A stretch of DNA of 58,277 bases from a virus (IMGVR_UViG_3300028829_004880:1-58277), one strand, 5' to 3'; positions 30,584 through 42,577 are shown, numbered from the stretch's first letter. Made by a program: numbers and translations. Notes: generated by a model from the letters alone, not told the origin.

Positions 30584-31978
30584 TTATACGTTTTTAAGTT
30601 GTTTTGCCATTTCTTCAATCTCAATACAAGACTCAAGTGAATCACATGTATCCTTGTCTTCTCTCAATTCCACAACCGATGGATGTGCTGTTGACCAATT
30701 ACCCTTATGGTCTTGAGACAACCCACAACATCTAATTTCAACTATACTCCCCATTAATTCATCTTGTCTTTCGGTGATGTCAGCCATCATAGCTTCTTTC
30801 ATTCCAGAAGGGTTTGTTCTAAGTTGTCCACATGAAGTCTCACAATTGATAGTTGAAATTACATTCTCATTCTTAGTGCCCTTTGTACCGTATTCGAATC
30901 CAATGATTCTAAGGTCCATAGACATCTCCAATTTCATCTTGATTTGGTATGTTGGTTTACCATCTTTCCAACCAGCAGTTGAAGACTTGATAATGGTTCC
31001 TTCAAGACCTCTTTCTTGAGTATCTAAGAAGTGTTCCATTGCTTCCTCAAACGTAGTGATATATTTGGTTTCAACTAATGATACCATTGTTGGTTTCAAT
31101 GACCATAATAAGTCTTCTAGACCACCTAAACGGTCTCCGTATTCCGTATCACTTTTCGCCTCACTATACTCATCTAATGTGATTATATCCCAAACAGTAA
31201 AACGCATCTTTTCAAGTGCTTCATCAAAACTACCATGCTTTGCTTCGAATGCTTCTTTTTTCTTAGCAGTTTTCTTTTCACCTCTTTCCTCAGCCTTCTC
31301 GATAATGTCCATCATTGATGCAACCATACCATTAGCCTCAGTTCTCTTGAACCCATCAATGGTTAACTCACCATTTAATACACAATCTGGAAAAGGAGTT
31401 AATTCGTCTAAGAACTTAGTACCCTTAAGGTATGAGACCTCACCTTGTCTTGACTCCATTTCAACAATACCATCGGTGATTATTGCATTTCTGTAAGTAC
31501 CATCAGCCTTAACTTGTGAAATAACCACCTCACCCTTAGCAAATAATTTCTTTGCACCCTTTTCAGAGAATGACTTCGCACCTTGGTATGGTGTTTCCTC
31601 AATCAACTTAGGGATTACCTTGTTGATACCCGTTGACATTCCAATCTTAAGGTTCTTATCAATGATTCGCTCAACAACATATGCATCATCAGTTGATACG
31701 GATGAAAGGATATGCTTTAAGTGTTCAGTAGCTTGTCCACCTCTAAGTGCACCACTTGAAATAGTATCAAGATTTTCTAAAGCCCAATCCATTGATTCAT
31801 TTCTACCATTTGCTTCATATGCTGGAATTTGCTTGATATAGAAATTCACTCTAGGTGAATGTGCAAGATAAATAACATCTCTAAGTACTCGATTGTCCTT
31901 ATACTTAGTAAGGGTATCTCTCTTGTAAATCTTACCACCATCGGCAGATATTTCGTTTAAAATTGATTTTATTGTCAT
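30584..31978 (-). CDS. ATP-dependent DNA ligase
   Basis: KADG motif I, LNGEL, EGTIIK, C-terminal OB domain HPS...REDK. Confidence 0.88.
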   Translation of the reverse strand: MTIKSILNEISADGGKIYKRDTLTKYKDNRVLRDVIYLAHSPRVNFYIKQIPAYEANGRNESMDWALENLDTISSGALRGGQATEHLKHILSSVSTDDAYVVERIIDKNLKIGMSTGINKVIPKLIEETPYQGAKSFSEKGAKKLFAKGEVVISQVKADGTYRNAIITDGIVEMESRQGEVSYLKGTKFLDELTPFPDCVLNGELTIDGFKRTEANGMVASMMDIIEKAEERGEKKTAKKKEAFEAKHGSFDEALEKMRFTVWDIITLDEYSEAKSDTEYGDRLGGLEDLLWSLKPTMVSLVETKYITTFEEAMEHFLDTQERGLEGTIIKSSTAGWKDGKPTYQIKMKLEMSMDLRIIGFEYGTKGTKNENVISTINCETSCGQLRTNPSGMKEAMMADITERQDELMGSIVEIRCCGLSQDHKGNWSTAHPSVVELREDKDTCDSLESCIEIEEMAKQLKNV

Positions 31979-32013
31979 ACTTTTAATTAATTAGTTAATA
32001 CAAATATACGAAA

Positions 32014-32637
32014 TTATTTTGACAATTCCAAAGTTTCTTTCAATAAAGCTTTATAAAGTCTTAATTGATTTGTCATAACAAACTTAATATTTTCAAATAT
32101 AAGTTCTTCCGATGGAAAATCACGTCTTGCAATCTTAAGCATTGGAACCACATATTCCTCAGTTTCTAGTATATATCTCTCTTGCTTTGCTGGCTTGAAC
32201 CCATGAAGCATTGTCATAAGATTATGTGCTCTATCAAACCCCTTTGCAAGTGCTGTAAGAACATCTTTCTTAAGTATACCATAGTAAACATCGTTAGGTA
32301 GTGTTTTATCACCATCTACCTTAGACATATTCATTGCACCTTGTGCTACTCTTCTACCAAACTTAGCTCTCATTTCGTCATATGATAAGTTATAGTCCTC
32401 TGGTGTATCATGTAAAAATAAGATACAAATAAGGTCTTCCTCATAAGATAAAACATGTGTAAGTGTCATAGCATATGAAACAATGCTAACTTGATGAGAG
32501 AACTCAGCAGAACCATCTTTCCTAGTACCACTATGATACTTCTCAGCCAAAGCCATTGCTTCTAATGCTTTAGTGTACCCTTTACCTTGTAATCGGTAAC
32601 GTAAAGCCATTTTCATTTTTTGATAATTCTGTTCCAT
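32014..32637 (-). CDS. SpoT/Mesh1-like HD hydrolase (small alarmone hydrolase-like)
   Basis: H.G.RKDG...H, LHDTPED, K..DR.HN motifs. Confidence 0.75.
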   Translation of the reverse strand: MEQNYQKMKMALRYRLQGKGYTKALEAMALAEKYHSGTRKDGSAEFSHQVSIVSYAMTLTHVLSYEEDLICILFLHDTPEDYNLSYDEMRAKFGRRVAQGAMNMSKVDGDKTLPNDVYYGILKKDVLTALAKGFDRAHNLMTMLHGFKPAKQERYILETEEYVVPMLKIARRDFPSEELIFENIKFVMTNQLRLYKALLKETLELSK

Positions 32638-32683
32638 AATAATTGTTTTTACAAATATACTAATAATATTTTAAACTACCAAA

Positions 32684-33901
32684 TTAAAATGGTAAATCTT
32701 CATCAGCATTGACACATAAGTCATCTATGTTGATGCTAATATCATCCGTAACTACATTACTTGTGGTACTTGAGGTTAATGGTGGATTGATTTTACGGAA
32801 CTCTTCGATAGTATATTTAACAGCTTCAATTAACTCTGTTGGTGGTTCTTCGTTTCCTATACCTTTGAATTGTAACATATCGTAGTGTTTACCAAACTCT
32901 TTATTGTGTAACCTACCGAACTCTAAGGTATAACCCTTAACATGGTAAATTCCACAATTACCCCTATCAACCTTATTGATGTAAGACGCAACACAGTGAG
33001 ATTGTCTTTTACCCTCAATAGCCATATCTTTCGTTGTTTTTAATAATTTGAATCCAGAGAACTCTTCGAATTTATTGTAAACATCATCAATTTTTAATGG
33101 TCTATCACCATCGATATATATAACGTCAGTAATTATCTCAGCCCACTTACCATGCTCTAACTTAAGACGCTTGTTTGACCAAGAACAATTGATTTTATTG
33201 CCAGTTGTTTTAGCCATTCTTAGTGAATCATAAAATATTTGGAATAAACCACCAGTAACCCACTCAGCCCTTAACGCTTCAACATTATCTAAATACTCTA
33301 GATAGTGGACGACACTTTTCATTATCTTATTATAACGAGTACCATCATCAGCCTCATGAATTAACTTAGCTTGTGGTGCTGGAATTTTATATATGTGTCT
33401 AAGAGCTTTCTTGTATGAATATACCTTATGTTCAATTATACTGTTGAATGCTGTTCGATGCATGATACTCTTTTCTTGCATGAATTTAATCCAAGAAAAA
33501 CCATTATTAATCAAGTAGTCAACTATAACCGTAAAGTTTGAATTATGGTCTAAATATTGACCTAGACTAGATAGAGTAAGTGTTAATATTCGACTTCCCT
33601 TACTATTACTAATCAACCAGAATTTACCATCCTTATACTTAACACTTAACAACCGTTTTTCAGAATTATAAATTCTATTGGTCTTACTTATACCAAATTT
33701 CTTAGAAAAATAAACAATATCAAAATCACCATTCTCCCCTTTGAATAGAACAATTCTATTTCTATGATACCCCTCGGTGTCATTCATATAAAGAACCCTA
33801 GCCTTATAAGGGTCTTTCTTGTAAAGAGAAAATAATACATCTATTTTTTCCTCGTTACTCATCGTGTTCAACACTTCATACTCTACCTTATCCTCCTTCA
33901 T
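32684..33901 (-). CDS. PcfJ-domain protein
   Basis: EGKRQSHCVASY..., QFKGIGN. Confidence 0.65.
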   Translation of the reverse strand: MKEDKVEYEVLNTMSNEEKIDVLFSLYKKDPYKARVLYMNDTEGYHRNRIVLFKGENGDFDIVYFSKKFGISKTNRIYNSEKRLLSVKYKDGKFWLISNSKGSRILTLTLSSLGQYLDHNSNFTVIVDYLINNGFSWIKFMQEKSIMHRTAFNSIIEHKVYSYKKALRHIYKIPAPQAKLIHEADDGTRYNKIMKSVVHYLEYLDNVEALRAEWVTGGLFQIFYDSLRMAKTTGNKINCSWSNKRLKLEHGKWAEIITDVIYIDGDRPLKIDDVYNKFEEFSGFKLLKTTKDMAIEGKRQSHCVASYINKVDRGNCGIYHVKGYTLEFGRLHNKEFGKHYDMLQFKGIGNEEPPTELIEAVKYTIEEFRKINPPLTSSTTSNVVTDDISINIDDLCVNADEDLPF

Positions 33902-34618
33902 AGTTACTTAGTTTTTAATTTATTTCCAGCTAATTTTCATAGTATCACCATTATCCATTTGACCACCATATTTACAGTCAACCTTGAATCCTCTATTTTC
34001 AGTTAATACGTAAACTGTTAAATCTTGAGGATAAAAGTATAATGTGGTTTCAAACTTATTTTCCCTAACCGCAATTTTTATTGCGGTTTCACACTTTTCT
34101 ATTTCCTTCTTAACCTTTTCACCTAGAACCTTCTCAGATTCTGCCTTAGCCCACTTTGCTGTTATACATTTATCCATATCTTCTTTTTTATTACAATTTA
34201 AACCAAAGTATTCATTGGCTGTCTTACTAGTCCGAATATATTCTCCACCACCATCAATTAACATAATTCCTTACCTTTTAAATGCCAATAATCAATTGCT
34301 GGTCTATTCGGACCATCATCTTCACCTTCTTGGTAATCCCATTCCCATCCAGCGTCTTCAAACCTTCTCATTAGTTCCTTCTTCATCAACGCCTTTCTAG
34401 TCATCTTAAATACACCATAGGCATTCCATTCTGATGGTCTGTCTGGGTTCCATTTAAGGTCAACTACTTCGGTTGTAAAGGAAATGTACCCACCATCAAA
34501 GCTAGATACAATTTTCTCATCAATCCATTTCTCAATGTGAGAAATGACCGCTAATTCTTTGTCATTAAGAGGTGCCGTTTCCAACACCTCTTTGACTCTT
34601 TTATATTCTACTGCCATA

Positions 34619-35737
34619 TTATAATACTTTATATAACTTTTTGTTATCGTACTTTCTAAGGTACTCCTTTACTGACTCTACCTTACCATCTTTCATTCCG
34701 AAGAATAATCCACTGTAAGCCTTAAGGTCATCCTTGCCAATCAATTCAAATACCGCCATGGCGAATTTCTTTTGTTCTTTTGGTGTGATGTTCTTTGGTT
34801 TCTTGTCTTGCAACTTATCCCAAGCATCCTCAAGTGTATCAATTAATTTATTGTAACCTTCATAAAGCTTGAATATCTCTTCCTTTCTTTCTGGGAAAGT
34901 AGCGGAGAATTCCTCAATTTCATTAGATTTAACAACGTCCATTATAGCATGTTCTGATGTCTTAGACTTCAAGTGGTGAACCGCAACATATGCTGGGTTC
35001 TTTATCTTCACTCTATTGAAGTCACCATCAACAACAACGTAACCTTCTTCATGAAATGGCATTCCGTCGAAAGTCTTTTCAATATGACCTACGTTGGTTG
35101 CGTTAAGGTCAAATGACTTAACAAGTGGAATTCCAATTGACTCAGAAACCATCTTCATATCCTCGTAAGTTACCTCTTTAAGTGTCTTTCTATTTCTCAT
35201 TGCTAAGAACGTAGCAGAAGACTCCCCATGTGGCTTCACAACGATATTGTATGGAGTAGTTAACTCGAATACGTAAATGTGGTCCTTATCTAATAAACAG
35301 TCATTGAATCCGTACTTTTCAGCAACAGTATTCCAAAACAAATCATTAAATGTTGTACCATACTTGTTATTCACTTCCCCTTCACCTTCGGCTGTACCAG
35401 TAGTAGCAGCGAACCACTTCTCCTTGTTCCAATCGAAATATACTTGTATCATTGTACCATCACACTTTTCAAGTATACGTGCTGTGTTCCAATCTATCTT
35501 TGCAGCATGACCCTCAGCTGAGTTGAAGAACTTTCTAAATGAAAGACATAATATATTCCATGTATCCTTTTCAAGTATAAGTCCTCTACAATCTTGTACC
35601 TCAGAAAACCCCATAGACGATGCTATTTGGTCATACTTGATAAGAACCTTCTTATCGTAGTCCCTAGTCTTCAACTTAAACTCAGCTACTGCCTTATCAA
35701 GTCCATTTTCTTTTATGTATTTGATTATACTTAACAT
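34619..35737 (-). CDS. RNA ligase, T4 Rnl1-like
   Basis: CRGLIL, KFFN, EKCDGT, FELT, EGYVV, RVKIK. Confidence 0.85.
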   Translation of the reverse strand: MLSIIKYIKENGLDKAVAEFKLKTRDYDKKVLIKYDQIASSMGFSEVQDCRGLILEKDTWNILCLSFRKFFNSAEGHAAKIDWNTARILEKCDGTMIQVYFDWNKEKWFAATTGTAEGEGEVNNKYGTTFNDLFWNTVAEKYGFNDCLLDKDHIYVFELTTPYNIVVKPHGESSATFLAMRNRKTLKEVTYEDMKMVSESIGIPLVKSFDLNATNVGHIEKTFDGMPFHEEGYVVVDGDFNRVKIKNPAYVAVHHLKSKTSEHAIMDVVKSNEIEEFSATFPERKEEIFKLYEGYNKLIDTLEDAWDKLQDKKPKNITPKEQKKFAMAVFELIGKDDLKAYSGLFFGMKDGKVESVKEYLRKYDNKKLYKVL

Positions 35738-37040
35738 CTTTTAAAATAATTGTGCAAGTCCATATCCGACTGCAATTAATACTATAACAACAACAATAAT
35801 TGATGTTATCACTTGTTTCTTTTTTGGAAACTTCAAACTATCCATAATTAACTAATTTCTACAAATATAGACAAAAAAAAGGGAACTACCAAATAATTCC
35901 CCATTTATTTTTAAAATATTTTATTTTAGTAATAACTTATCAGTCTGGTGGGGTATCTTCTGGTGAATTATCATCCCCTACTTCTGAGTCATCTTCATCA
36001 TTACCTTCGAAGAAATCATTGTGCATTCGTTTAACCATATCTGGTATGGTTTCACTAGGACCTTCTGGGTTATCCCTTAATTGGGACATCTCATCTTCTG
36101 TTAACTCTCCATTTGAAATACGCTCTATTAAGTTTCTACTACTTATCATAGTACTTAGTTGATTGAATAATTGTAGGTCACGGTGACTATATACAATAGT
36201 ACTTATAAATGTTAAATAATTCCCAAGACTAGCGATTACAAAGTCCTTTTCTACTAAACCCTCTTGAGTCAAGGCTCGACCCATTTTTAAAAACTTAAGG
36301 CTTAAGTCTTTTTGTCTTTCTGTAATTTCACTCATATGCAAATATACTACAATTTGTTGAATAAATCAATCCTTAGTTAAATTTATATTGGTGCATATTC
36401 ACCATTACAAGTTTTCCATTCTTCTTTAGATATTGGGATTAGTTCACTACCATTTAAATGGTCCATATTCGAAGTACAATATAATTTACCGTTTTCAATT
36501 CTAAAACCACAACCCCAAGCACCACCATCTCTCCAATACCCAGCACGACCTTCACTTTCTGTAAGTCTAAGGCAAGAATTCCGCAATCTTACATATTTTG
36601 GTAGGTTATCTAAACTAATTGTTTGGTTTCTCCTTCTTAGTAATATACTCATATAACTATTTTTGTACTCCTACTTGATAGGAATCTTTGTAATTCTTCT
36701 ATTGTGAAGTCCTCATGATATGTCTTTAAGATACTCAATTTCTCTTGTTCTATGTATGTTTCTGGGTTGTATGACTTACCTTCCATTTCCTCGAACTCAC
36801 CCAACAACTCTTCATACTCACTATCCTTCTCTTTACAGTCATCACAACCATCATTGCAAGTGTCACATTCAGTTTCCTTACATTCATGTCCTATTACACT
36901 AGCGATATCATCACTGTGGTCTCGAATTGCATCACCTAAGTCACTGTAGTCCTTAGCGTCTTCTATATCACCCTTAAGACCATCACATAACTTAAATTCC
37001 AATTCAAGGAATAAAATAAGTCGTTTTTTAAATTCTTCCA

Positions 37041-37865
37041 TTATACTATTACTTTAGATTCAACCCATTGGGTTAATGATTTAACATACTTCTCAATATC
37101 TGCATGATAGAAACCAACAGAGTTCATACACCCACACTCAATGATATAGTATCTCATATCACCATCGTCGTGTCTTGTTTCCGCTATATCCATAGCAAAT
37201 ACCTCATGTGGTTGGTATTCCTTGCATCTGTCCTCTACGAACTTAATCATATCTTCTGGGATATCATCACCAGACTTAGAAAGTCTAAAATTATTTCTAT
37301 ATCTTGAAGATGTGATAACCTTCCCATCCACAACATAGTTTCTCCACTCACGTTGTAGGTTATAGGCTGGTCCTAAGACTAATTTAGATTCCATGGTCAT
37401 TGGTGACTCATAATCCATCATTCTCTTAACCATGGACTTTAATTCCTCAACCTCACCAACTTGACCATCGAATTCTTTACCATCACCATCTGGGCGAAGG
37501 AACATATTCAATTGATGACCAAAATCCTCCAACTCAATGAAGTCTTTAACTGTTATAATCTCAGCATCAGAACTCAACATATGTTCACCCCACTTTTCGA
37601 AGTAATTCTCCATTGAAAATGTTTCATGATTATAGAATAACCCAATTGGTTTTAACTTATTATAAAGATTATTCATGAATGTAGTGGAACCGTAATATAT
37701 GTTCTCATACTCATCATCTAATGGGAAATCTGGTAACTCATCTGAAAATGGTACCACAATCACCTCATGATGTGCAATATTAAGTTTATCACAAGCCTCT
37801 TGAAATTGATTTCTATCATTTTCCGCTATTAGATTATTTTGAATAATCCATCGTACTTTCTTCAT
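37041..37865 (-). CDS. ATP-grasp protein (R2K/DUF4343-like)
   Basis: FLRP..DGKEFDG, EWRNYVVDG, MDIA, IIECGCMNSVGFY. Confidence 0.75.
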   Translation of the reverse strand: MKKVRWIIQNNLIAENDRNQFQEACDKLNIAHHEVIVVPFSDELPDFPLDDEYENIYYGSTTFMNNLYNKLKPIGLFYNHETFSMENYFEKWGEHMLSSDAEIITVKDFIELEDFGHQLNMFLRPDGDGKEFDGQVGEVEELKSMVKRMMDYESPMTMESKLVLGPAYNLQREWRNYVVDGKVITSSRYRNNFRLSKSGDDIPEDMIKFVEDRCKEYQPHEVFAMDIAETRHDDGDMRYYIIECGCMNSVGFYHADIEKYVKSLTQWVESKVIV

Positions 37866-38812
37866 TATAATTTGTTTTCAGTAACAACCCCACTAAGGTT
37901 AATATATGAATCCAATTTTTCCCAATTAGTGATTTGGTTAGACATAACTGGCTTCCCACCAGCGTTGACGTTTACCGCTACTGTTACGTGTGGTAAATCG
38001 TTATCTGAATGATATCCTTCTACCTTTACAGCAATAGCCATATCAGATATACCTATCTCAGTAGCTCTAATAGAAACACTATTACCTAAATCACCCTTCA
38101 AATTCTCTGGTAATCCCTTACCATAATTAACTGTCATGTGATGTGCGTAAATCTTCCACCCTTCTGGAATTTGATGTCCTATAGCAGTAAGTAGTTTCTT
38201 CTTAGACGCATCATCTAATACTACCATAGCAATCTTACGTTGCTTATTCTTATACATTGGCTTCGCACCTACAACCTTTTCAACTGTAAGTGGACCTACA
38301 CTCTTATAAGACTGAATCATAGCCTCAATCTTATCCAATGGTACACCATGAGTATTTCTCTCAGCCAATTCCTCAGCTGACACACCACCAGTACCAACTT
38401 CAACGAATTTAATATTCTCGTTAGTATAACCTAATCTTAATGCCGCTTCAACATAATTTTTTGGTTCGTTAGCTTTGATATTGGTATTATCTATAATAAC
38501 TGGTGAGATACCCATAGACATAGACTTCTTAGCCCTATTAAAATTCTCAGAATGTACTTGGGATAATGGTGAGAAATCTTTATTCTCTATCATATCACTA
38601 AAAAACTGACGATAATCAAATTTAGATTCAATAATATCATCTGTTGAATGAATTACTCCAGAACCAACTAATTGTTTGGCTTTGGTAGATTTACCAGAAC
38701 CAGGAATTCCACGCATAATAATCAATACTTGATTTGGTCTCGTCATTGCGAAACCCATTGCATTTACTTCTTTACCTTCTCTAAGGATTTTCTTTATAGA
38801 CTCTTTACTCAT
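37865..38812 (-). CDS. polynucleotide kinase (AAA_33) fused to 2H cyclic phosphodiesterase
   Basis: MRGIPGSGKST, IIDNTN, RNTHGVP; HHMT and PHVT motifs. Confidence 0.8.
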   Translation of the reverse strand: MSKESIKKILREGKEVNAMGFAMTRPNQVLIIMRGIPGSGKSTKAKQLVGSGVIHSTDDIIESKFDYRQFFSDMIENKDFSPLSQVHSENFNRAKKSMSMGISPVIIDNTNIKANEPKNYVEAALRLGYTNENIKFVEVGTGGVSAEELAERNTHGVPLDKIEAMIQSYKSVGPLTVEKVVGAKPMYKNKQRKIAMVVLDDASKKKLLTAIGHQIPEGWKIYAHHMTVNYGKGLPENLKGDLGNSVSIRATEIGISDMAIAVKVEGYHSDNDLPHVTVAVNVNAGGKPVMSNQITNWEKLDSYINLSGVVTENKL

Positions 38813-38936
38813 AACTAAAATATATCTTTTAATTCATCTGGACAATCATCAACAATGTGTCTTTTCCACCATCCTTTAATCCATTTTATAATTTTCATAA
38901 AGCAAATATACGAATAATTTATTGGATAAACAAATT

Positions 38937-39542
38937 TTAACCCATCTTTGTTAATACAGCGTCTTGAATTTCTGATGGAAGTGCATCGAAGATAGTATCT
39001 ATCTCTATTGGAGAACCGTCAAGTGTTTCGAATCTATTAGATTGTTCGTAATACCTAATCACAGTACCATTAGATAATTTCAATTTCTTAAATTTATCCT
39101 TAGGTGCGTTGGGTGTTGGTTTATTCTTGGACCCAACTGGTAATATTGGTGTGGTTGATTTGAAACCCTTCTTTCTCATTATTGTCTTGGTGACAAGGTC
39201 CAATTCTTGATTATTACTATCCCAATTTAATATAAATGGTATATTTATGTCTGTTGGTGGGTTCTTGAATACACCCTCAAAACCAGTTCCGTATTTCTTA
39301 AGTTTGTTTTTGTATTCACCATAAACATCCTTGAATATCATTCTAAGTTCCTCGATAGTAATATCTCGTTTGTTTCTCTCATGATTAACACGCTCCATAA
39401 AGTGTTTTGTGAATTCAATGTCAACCCCAATAGATTGGAATAGGTTATCTAATTCCCCCTCAAGACTCTTTAATTGAGATGGGGTTATATAATCCTCTTT
39501 GATAAGACCTTCTCTAAGTAATTTTTTGATAAATGACTTCAT
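38937..39542 (-). CDS. hypothetical protein with MKSFIKKLLRE leader
   Basis: C-terminal domain shared with 39837-40478. Confidence 0.6.
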   Translation of the reverse strand: MKSFIKKLLREGLIKEDYITPSQLKSLEGELDNLFQSIGVDIEFTKHFMERVNHERNKRDITIEELRMIFKDVYGEYKNKLKKYGTGFEGVFKNPPTDINIPFILNWDSNNQELDLVTKTIMRKKGFKSTTPILPVGSKNKPTPNAPKDKFKKLKLSNGTVIRYYEQSNRFETLDGSPIEIDTIFDALPSEIQDAVLTKMG

Positions 39543-39836
39543 AATTATCTATATTCAATATTTAATGGGTAGCCTCTCTTTACCATATATCTAAGTTTAG
39601 GTTTTAAGAATCTTATTGCTAATTTGATATCATCAAATGAATCTCCCTTATAGTGATATGTGTGCTGGATATCCACTCTATTACCATTTCTCGTTACTAT
39701 CCATTCACTATCAACGATGAAATCTACCTTATCATTATTTATTAAGACACTAATAACATCATCAATGGTGTTTTGTTTAACATCACCTTCATTTAAAAGA
39801 CCCTCTCTAAGTAATTTTTTGATAAAATTTTTCATC

Positions 39837-40478
39837 TTACCCCATCTGGTTTAAAACAATATTTTGAACGTCTTCTGGTAGTTCATCAAATATATCATCT
39901 ATCTCTATGGTATTACCATCCATAGTTTCAAACTTATTTAGTACATTAAAGTATTTAACCTTAACACCATTTTTAAGTGTTAATTTCTTGAATTTATTCT
40001 GATTTGGTTGTTGCTGTTTTGTTTTACTCTCAATAAACTTATTAATATCTTTTATAACAACATCAACTCTTAATTTCTCTTTGTTGTGTTCAACATCAGC
40101 TGTTTGAATTGCCTTTCTAAGCATTACTGTTGTTGCGTTGTTTGCTCTAACAACAACCCAAATTTGGTCACCAGTAGAGTCATGAATCACCCCATCATCA
40201 ATAATTGAATAATAACCTCTACCATCCTTAGTCTCAACGTAGTATTCTGAATTCTTATTTGGGTGGAAGCTACCTATCATAACCCCATATGATTTATTAG
40301 TGCTTAAATCGTGTGAATCTAATATATCTAGATTTCTATTTACAGCATCTTTAATATGCTTAGGCATATCCTCATCAGAAAAAACCTTAAACCTTTCTTT
40401 GATTCTATCATTAGAATGTCCCATGAAATAAATTTCATCAAGAGATTCTCTAAGTAATTTTCTTATAAAGGTCTTCAT
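39837..40478 (-). CDS. hypothetical protein with MKTFIRKLLRE leader
   Basis: start moved to ATG 40478, after TATTTAT motif. Confidence 0.6.
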   Translation of the reverse strand: MKTFIRKLLRESLDEIYFMGHSNDRIKERFKVFSDEDMPKHIKDAVNRNLDILDSHDLSTNKSYGVMIGSFHPNKNSEYYVETKDGRGYYSIIDDGVIHDSTGDQIWVVVRANNATTVMLRKAIQTADVEHNKEKLRVDVVIKDINKFIESKTKQQQPNQNKFKKLTLKNGVKVKYFNVLNKFETMDGNTIEIDDIFDELPEDVQNIVLNQMG

Positions 40479-40491
40479 ACTAATAAATATC

Positions 40492-41262
40492 TCATTTTTC
40501 AGCTTTCTTCTTCTTACGTTTAGCATATATCCAATAAAATAATGGTAAAAGTAGTGTACTGAATAACCATTGCCAGTAATCACCTATGAAGTGTGGTACT
40601 GATTTAGTAACATCGGCTTTGACTCTAACCTCATCAATGTAAACAGTTTCTTTTGTTGACCCACCTCTGATTATAGAAATAACAATCTTTAATTTAGTTT
40701 TACCAGACCTAAGAGGTGTGATATTCCAACTCCACTGAGTTATCTCTTCATTATCCTCAACCATTTGAACAGCTGAGTTATCAGCAATTATATCAAACAT
40801 CTTCCTATCAGATGGACTTACATCAATAAGCTTGACTTCCATTGTCTCTGTGATTGGAATGGATGTTGTTTTAACCTCACCATTAAGGTTCTCGAAAATA
40901 TTTAGTGTTGACTTGGAAATTCTAACGATTACTTGATATGTAGTCCTAACCGTCATATCTTTAGGTATCTTATAAGCCACGTGACCTTGAGTAGTAGAAT
41001 TAGTGGTGATAGTGGTGTTTGGTACCTCTACGATAACCAACTCACTTGATTCATCCACAAACATAATCGGTTCAAATTGCATTTCATCTGGTGGTGGTGA
41101 CATAGCCACTTCCTCTAATTCAAATGATTCCTCAATAAATACAGGTTCAACATCAACTATATCTGGAACACCATCAGCGTCAAAGTCAGTTGTGTCTTTG
41201 AATAGACTACAAGAGTAAAGTATTGCAGCAAAAATAATTATAAGTATGGTTATTAGTTTCAT
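40492..41262 (-). CDS. putative lipoprotein / membrane protein
   Basis: lipobox-like LYSC, C-terminal TM. Confidence 0.5.
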   Translation of the reverse strand: MKLITILIIIFAAILYSCSLFKDTTDFDADGVPDIVDVEPVFIEESFELEEVAMSPPPDEMQFEPIMFVDESSELVIVEVPNTTITTNSTTQGHVAYKIPKDMTVRTTYQVIVRISKSTLNIFENLNGEVKTTSIPITETMEVKLIDVSPSDRKMFDIIADNSAVQMVEDNEEITQWSWNITPLRSGKTKLKIVISIIRGGSTKETVYIDEVRVKADVTKSVPHFIGDYWQWLFSTLLLPLFYWIYAKRKKKKAEK

Positions 41263-41799
41263 ACTAATAAATACACCTCACTCCAAGGAAATCAAGCTAT
41301 TCTTTCAACTTCAACCTCAACGTCTTCAAGTTTGTTTCTATTATCTACCAATAAACCTTCTAAAGCCTTCTCTATAGTTTTTTGAATAGTTTCTTCGTCG
41401 AAGCTACACCAAGGTGATACAACCTTCACAGTTGCTTTATATACTGTTGCCATAATATTAAGGTTTAATTTTTTACGATGAGGATAAGTAGTATTATTAT
41501 TACTAATAAGCAAGAGTAAATCCCCGTTAACCATCCTCTTATTGATTTAAACTGTTTTTCTGTCATAAACTAAGATTTAATTTCTATTAACTCTTTAATT
41601 GGTTGTTGTGTGAACCATCTTTTGTAAAATGGTAAGTTATACCATTCTAATATTTCTATGTAGTTGGTTAATGCAAATTTTCGCTCGTCTGATACTAATG
41701 TAAATGTCTTAATCATAATTAAGGTTATTTTACAAAGATACGAAATTAAAATTAATAAAACAATTTATTTGGATATAAATGACATCTTGGTCCTTGAAG

Positions 41800-41884
41800 C
41801 GGAGAGAACAGGAATCGAACCTAATACCCTTTCGGGTACCCTTTCTTTAGCAAAGAAGGACGGTCCCAGACCGCATTACTCTCC
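41800..41884 (-). tRNA. tRNA-Ser(GCT), long D stem
   Basis: loop TTGCTAA, long variable arm, G73. Confidence 0.8.
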
Positions 41885-42059
41885 ATTTGAAGTAGTAACT
41901 GGTTTTTCACCAGTATCAGTACTCTAGGGCTTATTTACCGTATCCCATCTCAATTAGGTGTAGGGCTACGGCTACTGATTCATCCCCTCGATAATGGCTG
42001 TTCCTACCAAAACCTTAACGACTTAACTCGTTAGTGATTAATTCACGATACTACTTTTG

Positions 42060-42131
42060 TACCCCCACCTAGACTCGAACTAGGATTATCGGTTTAGAAA
42101 ACCGAGGTTCTATCCCTTGAACTATGGGGGC
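42060..42131 (-). tRNA. tRNA-Arg(TCT)
   Basis: canonical cloverleaf. Confidence 0.88.
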
Positions 42132-42136
42132 ATCAT

Positions 42137-42577
42137 TTATTTATAAAGATATGACCTATAAATCTGTTCACTTACAATACACACCGCCTCAGCAGCATAG
42201 TCAACATTTTTATTGTCACCATAAATGGAAATCATTACATTGTATAAGTTATCATATGTTATCATCAGTGTTCGTACGATATTTCTAACATCTAACTCAT
42301 CTAATATTTCTAACCTTTCCTCTTTAATTGCTTGACCATATATTCTTCTAATAACTGGGAAAGATATAGTATCTAAATCTTCATGTAAATCAGTTGGTAG
42401 TGAAATATTCAACTCTATCAAATATAAAGCAACTTCATCTAAATGTTTAGAGATACTTAAATGAAATTGGCTTGGTAATTGTTCTAATAGACCACTCATT
42501 TCCCAAAACTTTATCATTTCTTCATCATTTTCATGATTCCCAAATTTATCTCTTCCGTATTCTACTAATTCACTCAT
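42137..42577 (-). CDS. protein resembling the N-terminal part of a T4-like major capsid protein
   Basis: KFWEMSGLLEQL and FPVIRRI motifs (recognised by eye). Confidence 0.4.
   Translation of the reverse strand: MSELVEYGRDKFGNHENDEEMIKFWEMSGLLEQLPSQFHLSISKHLDEVALYLIELNISLPTDLHEDLDTISFPVIRRIYGQAIKEERLEILDELDVRNIVRTLMITYDNLYNVMISIYGDNKNVDYAAEAVCIVSEQIYRSYLYK

Noticed and set aside
41800-41884. tRNA-Sec
   Set aside because: Long D stem is Sec-like, but the anticodon is GCT and the acceptor stem has 7 bp.
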